A stretch of DNA of 64,000 nucleotides from Dipteris shenzhenensis (lineage: Eukaryota). The DNA lies in assembly GCA_047967505.1 (NCBI GenBank), contig CM106538.1; one strand, given 5' to 3'. Below, in pieces: positions 13,272-23,985 of the stretch. Numbering within the stretch: the stretch's first letter is position 1; every line of letters starts with the position of its first letter. The position numbers and the translations under genes were made by a program. The notes under the pieces are model-generated. The model was not told the DNA's origin, searched no databases, and saw only the letters and a program-made list of their open reading frames with translations.

Positions 13272-13860
13272 TTATGATTTCCGGGGGACGTTATCGTCTA
13301 CTTTAATTTGCTTTGATTCTATATTGTTTAGCAAGTACAAATTGTCCGAGTCTTTGATTCGAGAAAGTGCTATGTACACAAGTCCATGTGATTTGATATT
13401 TGATGGGTCAAATGCTAGTTTGTACATGGAAGGGCCTTGTGCTAGATGTATTGTTCTTGCCATGGCAGGTTGCGCAAGGAATTGCGTGCAAGTCACAATG
13501 TTGAGGCTATTTTTACCAATTGGAAGAATTGGAATCCAATTTTCAGAGGTCACATCTGCATACAACAAATTGTATCTTGAAGGTGACCTGTTTTCGATGT
13601 TGTTGTCGATGAATTGAATCCATAATATGCTAGTGCCTGATTTGGTATCTACCATTTTAAATGCTCCATTAGCTCCATTTACAAGTCCCATCTCCGGTGT
13701 CGAGGTTTCCATAACATATCTCTATTAGCATGCATTCTTTTAGGTTGAGTCATGTATGTAATCCAGCAACTGTCTTCGAGTCATCAAGAATCTTTATTGA
13801 TTTGATGCATGTCTTGTGTCTTGTGTCTTTTGCCTTAATTATATATGCTTTATTGGAGTA
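13272..13860 (-). pseudogene. C-terminal part of a Pif1-family (Helitron RepHel-type) helicase
   Basis: TVAGLHT*LNLKECM..NLDTGDGLVNGANG, QPAMARTIHLAQG (cf. motif V, TIHKSQG) and HGLVYIALSRIK (cf. motif VI, YVALSR). The Rep domain and N-terminal helicase are absent. Confidence 0.88.
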
Positions 13861-13956
13861 CAACTTATTTGAAAAGGGCTCAAGCAACTCGCTCCCTCAT
13901 GGTAAGCACAATCCTCACGCATTCACCTCAAACGCTATGATGGAGCCAACACTATT

Positions 13957-14880
13957 TATAGTGAAGGTGCCACTGGGCATGTTTGCAAAACATTGTTGGA
14001 GTGAAGCTCCAAGAACGGAGTGTCTATGCGTAGAAGAGCATCAACATGGTTCCCACGAATCTCAATGGTTATATTAGATGCATCAGGCATCAATATTCAT
14101 CCGCTGAGACAAGGGATCTTCAATATACGCTGCACAGAGTCGCACGTAAAGCAAAAAGGACGGCCTGGCTCACGACTAACTTGTACTCCACCATTACAAG
14201 AGCATTGATAATCAATGAGTTGTGCATTTAGATGGGTGAAATGCAGCATGCCATTAACCTACAACAACCAATCAAGAAAAAATTCAACGCAACATGATGG
14301 TGTATGTAATACACAACTTCTAAAACACAAAATATTTTACCTTTTGCCCGTAATCCAAGTCCGCCAAGACTTGACTGGTGAAGGCCTGCTGAAGTTCGAC
14401 TCTCTTTAGGCCCTCTAGAATCTCAGCTAGGATAGTGAAGTCAAAAAAGCCGAAGCCGTTTTTGCCACGCATGTAAGAGACATTTTTCAAGGTGTACATG
14501 GCAATGCCCTCTTCATGGTACTCTTGGATTAGGCATGAGCACACATTCTTGCACTCGGCAACAAAGCGAAGCTGCGACAACAAAATTTAACACGCAAATG
14601 AAATGCGTATGAAGACATTGCTGAGTATAAACATTGGCTTTGGGAATTAATGACTTCTTACAGTGGCTCGGTCTTCGTGCAGGGGCCCGTCAGCTATCAT
14701 CAAGCTATCTGCATCTCCCTTGATTACGACGAAAGCTATGGTAGCAACAATTGTGGAGATGGTGTCTCTTGCTATGCGAACAAGCAATGATGCCCAAGGA
14801 ACATAGCACGCAATTATGGTCTCAGGGAGCATTGTGATGACTCCATCAAACGGTTCTCCCTTGATAACATTTATAGCGGG
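13957..14880 (-). pseudogene. Intron-containing RPA1-like (OB-fold plus C4 Zn-ribbon) pseudogene
   Basis: Phase-0 GT-AG introns 14661-14572 and 14340-14259 join the frames ..LMIADGPLHEDRAT | LRFVAEC..MYTLKNVSY..FDFTILAE..GQK | VNGMLH..YQCSC..PFCFTCD..LSG*ILMPDASNITIEIRGNHVDALL. Confidence 0.55.
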
Positions 14881-15827
14881 TCTACGTGGAGAGAGAAGCT
14901 AGATGTTCCGCCCTCCCCAACTTTTTTTTACAATGGTTGCACCCTCGATTCGGTAGAAAGAGTCAATGACTAGGCAATCTCTAAACTGGGGCACATATAC
15001 ATGCCCCTCAAATGCGAACCAAAATCATATGAACTCGCTATGCGCAACGCTGGCAAGGCATTGACACCCCTCGAACAAAGTTAGGTGGAGCAGCAACCAA
15101 TGCTCTTGCATTGCACTCTGGTACTCGCAGAGGAGGCTGACTGATGGACCTAGCTACAGGCTCGTTCAAGGAACTCAATTCATTAGACGTTTCCTTTTTC
15201 TCTGCCATGGAAGATATATGTGCGGCATACAAAAAACCTAAAAACAACAACAGCCGCACAGCTCTTTACCAAATTGACATTCTAAGGTTTGCCATCGTTG
15301 GAATATCGTTTCAAAAAAAAACAAACCCGATTAAACGACCACCGTTAAAGAAGATCGTTTGAATGTTAGGACAACAACTTCCTCAGCCTTAAACCAATGA
15401 GAGGAAACACCCACAGGAGATAGAGGATTGAAGCAAACAATCACAAGAAGAAAGGCCACTGAATCTTGAAGCTTCCACGATTGAAACACCGCCAAAGAAT
15501 AATATGCTGCAGCAACATGCACCGCCAAAGACACAAAACCCATACCAAGAAGCTCCAGAATAAGTTCCCTCAAGCAACGATCCGCCAGAGACAGGAAGCT
15601 CTAACTATAGACTGCCAGAACGCATGCATATCCACCCGAGCATCTCATAAATCACACAAACAGTAGAGCCATCTTATATCCTGCAAATCACCCAATGAAC
15701 GCTTCCTTCATTGTCATGTGCACTTGTGTCAGTATAGTAGCCAATAGGGAGTTAAATATTTATTCTAAGTTACAGAATGCACATTTTTCTCTCCCAGAGG
15801 GAAATGACTACTAAGGCCTACCCATTG

Positions 15828-15873
15828 GGGGCAGGCCAAAAAGAGAATATGGCCGGCCCCTTTGTAGCACTAG
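15828..15873 (+). other. GC-rich hairpin followed by CTAG (Helitron-terminus-like)
   Basis: GGGGCAGGCCA (15828-15838) pairs 10/11 with TGGCCGGCCCC (15850-15860); CTAG at 15870-15873. Confidence 0.45.
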
Positions 15874-15924
15874 ATTCTATAACCTTGTATTTATAGCAAT
15901 CAAAATTATCGACGAAAACCTAAC

Positions 15925-16015
15925 TTGAATCCCCTCCCCATGGTCCTCCACATGGGGAATGGGCCGTGGTCTCCATTTTCAAGTCAAAAAGTGCTCAACC
16001 CATGCGATGGCCCAT
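15925..16015 (+). repeat. Dispersed short repeat; related copy at about 23645-23730
   Basis: AATCCCCTCCCCATGGTCCTCCACATGGGGAATGGGCCGTGGT..AGTCAAAAAGTGC versus AATCGCCTCCCCAGGACCTTTCACGTGGGGGAATGGCTCGTGGT..AGTCATAAAGTGC. Confidence 0.6.
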
Positions 16016-16177
16016 TCCCTTATACATCATTTGTGCAAAAGTAAGCTCTTGATGTGGATGCCATAGCCATGTAGCTTTCTCCCCAACCCTACCCTACACT
16101 ATGCTAACCTCTGAAGGGGTCACAACACAAGCCTTTACTCATGACCTAACTTAATGATGGTACATCAAGAGATGACA

Positions 16178-16282
16178 ATACATATATATATCCACACACA
16201 TGTGTACATACACACATACACATATGCCTACACATATATCTACATACATACATACATACATACATGCATGCATGTATACACC
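16178..16282. repeat. Degenerate (TA)/(CA)/(CATA) microsatellite
   Basis: Seen directly. Confidence 0.85.
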
Positions 16283-18789
16283 ATAAGTTTTAGACGAACT
16301 CCTAGATAGGTGTAGCTAACAAAGACACCACACACCTACTGCCACTGGGGGCAAGGTGGCACCTAGCTAGGTGTGTGGTGCCTCATCTACCTAAGCTCAT
16401 GATTTTGAATACTACATGGGGAAACAAAGGGACAGGGTCCCTTTTCCACCAATGAAAATGTCTGAGACATCTTGTGTCATAAGCTGTTGTTGCAGGTGGC
16501 TATAACCATCTATCGACCTACAGTTGCTTCAAAGAAGAGCAAGAGATATGTAATAAAACTTTTTATGGTTTCCATTCGAGAATAGATGGATCACAATTTT
16601 GAATTATGAATTTAACACTAAAATTCTATTATTGTTCTTGTATGCCCAATGATAGTTACCATAGGTTGGGTACAAGAATAGGTTGCCTTAGGGAGGGTTC
16701 AAGTAGGGCGGCAACGAAACTCCTTTTGGGAGGATTGTGGCCAATGTATGATGCTCACACACAACAGACGTGTGCATGAGCACTTATTGAGCAAGTAAGC
16801 AAGCACATTGGAATATTGGCCATCTACAGCCACCGAATTCTGCAATTGGATAGTTGAGTCGTTTGGGCGGATGGGGGGGTGCCAAACAAACCTTCCTTCC
16901 GCTGGACATGCCCTTTGGTCAAATTGCTAAGGACCACATTAATCAACACCCCTTCTGGATGGATGGCATCCACACTGTTTGAGCACAGCCTCAAGGTCTT
17001 TAAAATGCTAACCCACGAGTGCCCATTGTTGGGACACTCAACAAAATTTGGATGGCCGGGTTGTTATGGGCAAAGCCTTTATAGATACACTACCCACCCG
17101 AAGAGGCATACTATAAAAAACTACATGTCCGTATATTCAACAAAGAACAAGGACAAAGAAGTACATAGTAGCATTGCAAAGCTACAAAAAAGCAAAAGAG
17201 TGGCTCCCATCCATCAGCAGCCAACATCGAGGCTACCCATGGATGGGCAGATTGAGGGCTTGATCTTTCTTTTTCCTTAGAACATATTAATGCTTGAAAA
17301 ATAGTCCAGGAAAAGAAAACCTTCTGACACCCAAGAGATCCCCTAGGAGGCACTGTTAATGACACTCCAACTACTAAGGATACAGGCACCTCATTATTTT
17401 AGAATTGTGTATTCAATTTGGTGTTTTTTAAACAATAAGTGTGGACATATACAATATGAATTTGTTGAGCCAGGTGTGGGGAAAAGATATAGGGTTGAGT
17501 TTATTTTTTCAGGGGAAATGGTATTTTTTAAAAGCTATAATATTTCATTAGGAAATGGCCCAATCCCCACTAGGCAAGTGGTGACTTGTAATGTCTAAAA
17601 TACAAGGTCTAGAATGTTGGACAACTAAATGCAAGATTAAAGCATAGGCAACTCTACTAAGACTTGCCATTTAGGTTCTATTATTGTTTCACACAATTTT
17701 GATCTTCTTTACAAAATCCAACATAATGCTCTTGGACTGGATTGTACAAAGTCTTTGTAGGATGACATGGATAACAACTATACACCAGTTGAGAACCTTG
17801 TCTTCCCATTGCAAGCTAACTTTGGTTGTTTGAGATCGATGGTGGCAGGTGAATTGGTGTACTTTTCTACAAGGTTCGCATGATACCTCCTTTAGATGCT
17901 ATGGTTGGATCTAGGTGCCACAATACATTCTACTTGCAAGCTATTTAGAATTTGTCTTGACATTGGATGGAATTAGTCCCTAGTAGGAGGACTACTAAGC
18001 CATTACAGTGTTTGGCACATTGTAATGGACTCTTGGATGATACTTTTTTGTTGTAGTCTTTGATAAATAAATTAGGAGCTCTATGCAAGAACAGTAACTT
18101 GGGAGCATCTTTTATTATGAATTTAATGTTCTATTGTGCCTTAGGCAATTGTTTCAATCACTATTATGGGGATATGTACTCTACTGTTTGGTATAAAGAA
18201 CTGCCCTTTCTTGTTACTATTTTTCAATAATTTTGGTAATCCCAAGGCAAGGATGTAATGGGATAGTTGCAACCATGATTGTTAAAGAAATTATGGTAAT
18301 TTTTCAATAAAAATTGATAGAGGTAACCTCTCTACTTGAGATTTATAAGCATCAATGTAATATTTTGTTGCATTTATTCATTGAGGTATTGATAATGCAA
18401 TATACTTTTATCACTGAAATACTTAGCTTGGTCGTGCTTGCAATTGGACTTTGATCCACCACTTATCACAAAAAATGGGTTGAAAAATGGATTATGTTGG
18501 ACTGGAATGGTGTTGGAATTCTTAGCACTAGTAGGGTAGTTTTGGATAGGTTAAAACATACACCTAAGATGTGTGCACACACATGCACATGCACGTACGC
18601 ACACACATGCATGCATATATGTTCTTGAATTAATTTAGATACATGGTCTCACCATATAAGTAGACATGTAAATTTTAGCTTATGATGTTTTCATCCATGT
18701 TGACCTTTTTGAAAATATGCAATAAATTCTTTCTACGTTAAGTGGTATGGTGCCCTATGAGCTAGATTGTATGAGTATTTTTTTTAAAG

Positions 18790-19215
18790 ATGCTAGTTTG
18801 GGAGAGACTTAAATGAAATCATATGGTCTTCACACGCAGTAGTAGGCTGAATGAAGAGGAGGTGGACTACTTTTTTATTAGCCTTGTCTTTTAGTGCTAG
18901 CCTTTGGCATGGCTGAGTCTTCCCTTCACCTTTAGAGTGTTGATAGAAACTCAATACGAAGACCTTTGTATAAATGGATGCTCAAGTATGTGTGAGTGTG
19001 TGGATGTGTATGTGTGAGAGCATATGTTTATACTATGGTCTACACCCATTTCTGGGTGCTGATAACCTCATAGGGGATGTCATAGTAGCTAGTACCTCTT
19101 GTGTGATGGAGTTTATGGTTTTCAACCTTGTGAGTTGCTATCATGAGATTAAAATAGCACATTGTGTTGTGCTTTTGGAGGATAGGTTTGGGCATGTTTT
19201 GGTTTCATGGCACCA
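18790..19215 (+). repeat. Dispersed ~420-bp non-coding repeat, copy 1
   Basis: Matches about 38230-38630 (same orientation) and 54546-54940 (inverted), e.g. TTTTAGTGCTA, GATAGAAACTCAATAC, GGGGATGTCATA and GAGTTTATG. Confidence 0.85.
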
Positions 19216-19746
19216 AGATGGGATGAAAGCTACTGATATATTGGAGGATGCATGTGAGATGAGGGAGTTAGCAACTTAGAAAATTATGGCAAGAGTTAGG
19301 GGCAAAAATGCAATTCTATAGACATGAAATAATCCAATGGATAGTTATAGGGTGTAGAAATACCCTTGGGAAAGATATAAAGGCATCAAAATGAGAACCA
19401 ACTCACATGATCTAGAGGTGGATTAGGGAAGTTGGGCAAGCCCTAAAATGAGCAGCATGTACTCCTAAGATGTCGAGCCTATGCACACATCAAAGAACAA
19501 CAAAGACAATCTGAAAAACTTGTTACAACGGCCAGCTACAAAAAAAAGAAAGTTATCTAAAAGGAGCTTCGGAACAATGCAACAAGATACTTGGACTAGC
19601 ACACAATCTAGCTCATGAAGTATAAACTACATAACAAGTCTACATTTTCTTTCATCGGATCTGAAAGATCACTACTTGTTGATAGTGATCATTAGTCCCA
19701 TAGATCCTAAAGGGTATCAAGAGGACTTTACTACAACCATGTCATA

Positions 19747-19872
<126 letters not shown>

Positions 19873-21859
19873 CACATCCCCTTCATGAGGTTTGTGATTT
19901 TGAAGTTATCGATATTTGGATAACCCATGCAAACATTATTGGCTTTGATCCCATGTCATTGAAAGAAATACCTATTGATTTCTTATGCCCGCTAGTGGGA
20001 TTAGACATATTATATTATACCCCTCAGATTATTTGTTGACCAACTATGCATGCCCATGATCATGGGAACCCTTCTATACTTTAAACTATTCAAAGTATTG
20101 ATAGACCATGAAAACATGTAATCGTATTGAAGTCCCTCAGGAAATATTTGAGTACCCATTGAACTTCCATGGGTAAGTGCTAAAATCCAGGTCCACTGGA
20201 GTAACCTCTAGATAATGAGACCCTACTAGATATTTATTTCTTATAGAGATGATAGGCTGGCCAGCATTGAGGAATGGACTGTCCATTGACATAACGTGTA
20301 GTATGGAATACATAGAAGGGTATAAAGGAGAGTGGTGGTGAGAGTGATAATTTAATGACCATGGCTGGCTGCACATCTTTTGAGATCTTAATGGACAAGA
20401 ACATCCATGAGTACAAAGAATGAATAGTGAAATTACATCCACTATTACCCAATTAACTGAAAAGCTAAGTGGAACAAAAATCGATACGGGGATAGCTCAC
20501 TCTCCAATAGCTTAATGATTTGCAGGGAAATTACAGTTTTTCCCAATGTAATCTATTGGAGAATTGATTACCTTGGGAAGTACATCTTCCCCTCCATTTC
20601 AACCTTGGTAATTGTTCTACTACCTTATGCTTGCCTCCAACCGCCTCCCCATAACTCGACCACCTTGAACTCCTTCTCATCCCATGGTCTATGACCGTCT
20701 GACCACTTACCTCCAGAGATCGTGAAAAGAGCTCTAGGATGGAAGACGTAGGAGATAGCACACTCTTTGACTTTTGCCAGTCCACTATCCAACTCGAACC
20801 TACATTAGAAACGCTCTTGGGATGGTGGCAGACTTTGGGGAGTTGGACCTTAACTAGGTAAGGGCTCTCACAAGATCTTGATGATAGTAAGTAAGTGCAC
20901 ACAAAAAACTTAGGAGATCTGCCAACCCACGACTTTTTGAAGCGTTTGTGCCTGTTCTGGACTTTCGTTCATTCCTAGATTAGACTACAAACCCACTACT
21001 ATGCAGTTTTGCATCACAAAAGCTTCATTGAGACTAATCACAAGGACGTTTGGCTCGTAGGCCAGCTACATGTGCTATGCGCTATTTGGTAGCTCTTCAC
21101 ACTAGATGGGCTTTAGTGCTATCTAGTATGCACATTCACGGAAGAAATCGTAGGAAACAAAGCTATAGTCCTCCTCTATAGATTTGGATTTCAGCTTCCC
21201 AATAGAATAGAATACTCCTTTTACTATAGTTTACTGCAAAGCATCCACTATAGTGAATGTCACTGCTCTTTTCCGATAGATATTGTGTCATTGATGGCCT
21301 GTAGAATAGTTGTGTTGGTGTAGGCAGAAAGCTTGCAAAGTATGAGTGGCTTTCTGGGACTATTGTCGAGCACCCCTGCTTATTAATACACTCTGGGAAT
21401 AAATGGAACCTTATACTGGGCTATATAAAACAAAGTTCTTCCAGATGGTGGAGCTCTGCGAATCTACGGTGCTTGTAGCTAAGAAGATGAGTCGTAGGTT
21501 CACCAAGCTCCTTATCTCCAATGGGTTCAAACTGGATGCGATTTGGCCTACAAACGGCCAAGATATGAACCCTTGAAGATGGAGCAAAAATGGCCACTTT
21601 TTTAATAGAGGGCCTTTTTTTTTGGGGGGGGGAGGGGGGGGGGAAGAGGGGGGGAGTATTGGTTAGCCTCACCTAAACTAATTTTCCTAACTACCTATGA
21701 TTTGTTCCCTTTTTTTTCCTTTTTTTTTGTGGTAGAGAGGTTAGCTAACCTAAACTAATCAAAAGTAGTTAGTTATAACTAAAGCTAGTTACTATATTCT
21801 CTCTCTACCTATCACTCTACCCTAGATTCTAGACTCTAAGCTCTTGATCTTATATACTA

Positions 21860-22078
21860 AACCCTAAAACCTAAATCCTTAACCCTAAAACAATAATCAT
21901 AAACCCTAAATGCTAAACCCTAAACCCTAGATTTTTAACCCTAAACCCTAAATCCTAAATCCTAAACCCTAAACCCTAAAAACATAATCATAAACACGAA
22001 ACCCTAAACACTAAATCTTAAATCCTAAGCCCTAAATCCTTAACCCTAAATACTAAACCCTAAACCCTAACCCTTAAA
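21860..22078 (+). repeat. Degenerate interstitial plant telomere-like array (CCCTAAA)n
   Basis: Many AAACCCT/CCTAAA units with variants (ATCCTAA, CACTAAA). Confidence 0.9.
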
Positions 22079-23770
22079 TACAATCAAAATTTTATGATTT
22101 TTGTCAATTTGTGCAATAGGTTTGATATATCCTCCAAACTGTTGCAAGTCGAATAGGTTAATGGTGCACTCAACCTATTATAAATATCAAGGAATTTTCT
22201 TGATTTGTGCAACAGGTTGGATATACCCCCAACCTGTTGCTTGTGTTTGTGTGGAGTTTATGAATGTTGTCTATACCACTTGCATAGGTCTCTGGTTTGA
22301 CGAGATGATTTGGTTATGAGGTTTGACAATTTCTTTTACTTTTTGTGTGTCTTATGTATTTTTTATTATCATGTTAATTTAATCTGTTTTAGAGGAGGAG
22401 TTCTTTCCAAATAATTTTGGCCGTGCAAAGGGTCCCATGGGATGGTGTGATTACTAGTTTGCTAATTTGTATAGATATTGGAAAATAGTTCAAGGTGACT
22501 TCTTTAACATTAGTTTCAGGTGTTCTAATTGTTAGTTTAGACCTTGGTTAAATGTTGTTATAGGTCTTTAACTTTTTTTTTCGCTCTTCTAGTTGTTGCA
22601 AGAAATCAAGGCGAGAAATATCATGCAATGCATGATATAGCTCATGGAAACACAACACTATTTTCACCTCTTTGACATAAACCAGCTCTAAATGCTAGAT
22701 CTGAGCAAATGCAACGAAAGGATGATTGAGGAAAGGAAAGCCAAATTCAAGGATCATTTTGGAGCTCGCCCAAGAGAGATGGAGATCCTCTACTACTATT
22801 CCACTTTAGTATGGAACTCGCTTGTGAAACACCACATGCCACACAATTAGCCGACGACCCATAGTAATGCAAGGCTAGAACAAATGAGCACTCGATGCAG
22901 AAAGAAATGGGTGCTCAGATCATTCCATCTTCACTCTGTTATATTGTTGTCGCTTTGAGCTTTGGAGATGGCAGATCATTGACTGTCATGTCACTGTCTT
23001 TCTAAGTAGTGTAGACTTGTCAACAATCTAGCAAGCTATTTTGACAGCACTAGACAAGCAAAGGTTTCGCAAGAGAATCCATAGTTCCTTCACAACCTGA
23101 GTGACAAACCATAGACTCCAGGTGGCAGGGTCTCCCTCCAAGTGTTCGTCTCAAACTGTCGCATCACAGATAGCCTAAGCGCCTGCAGGGTACCAATGTA
23201 ATTAATGTCTCACGTAATCCAATTCCATACAAGGACAACAACAAAAAATTGACATTGTGAGCAAGTTGGCTCTTACAAACCAGCCTACATGGCATGAGCA
23301 TCCGACAAGCAGAGGCAGATAATGGTGTCCAAGTTGGAGGTGGATTGTACTTGTCCTTGCTTTGAGAAGCTATGTAGGGCATATGAGTACAAGGAATGCA
23401 AAAGCTGCTAGCAGCATATTGAGCTTTGAAAGCGTCTGGTGATTCTTCTTTTTTTTCCCGAGAGAACAACAACTATGCTAGCGTAGGACCGAAGACCAAT
23501 GTTGTCTCCCGTAAAAGTCCCACGTTAGCTGAGATCAAATCTCTACAGTTGAATCAAGCCATTTTCAGAATAGGAATACGGTAATTCCATGACCTAGTCC
23601 ACAACAAGTACCTCCCAAACTCTCACAACACATTTTTTAAAATTCCAATCGCCTCCCCAGGACCTTTCACGTGGGGGAATGGCTCGTGGTGGCCCATTTC
23701 CGAGTCATAAAGTGCCCGGCCAATGGCTTGCGGTTGTCGGTCGCTCATCATTGACTGGGCACTTTCCTTG

Positions 23771-23872
23771 CAGGAAAGGTCTCCCTTGGCCCCCTATACG
23801 TCATGGTTAGCTTCCATCTTGTAGGAAAGGCCACCCTTGGCCCCCTATACGTCAGGGTTAGCTTCCATCTTG
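23771..23872. repeat. Two-copy 51-bp tandem repeat
   Basis: (C/T)AGGAAAGG..CCCTTGGCCCCCTATACGTCA.GGTTAGCTTCCATCTTG twice. Confidence 0.9.
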
Positions 23873-23985
23873 CATTTCCCTATGTCCTCACAATTGTCTT
23901 TAAACAAATGGTTATAAAATCTCCTTTAACCTAACAAATTGTATGATAACTTTCCTTAATTTCTTCATTTGTAAGGAGCGTCGTT

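Noticed and set aside
19900-21620. Possible old LINE 3' region
   Set aside because: Its end resembles the LINE tail near 45705, but the protein motifs are too eroded to call.
22900-23480. Exon-like minus-strand segments
   Set aside because: No consistent open frame and no recognisable homology.
23771-23872. Direct repeats as a possible CRISPR array
   Set aside because: Two adjacent copies with no spacers and no cas genes, in a eukaryotic context.
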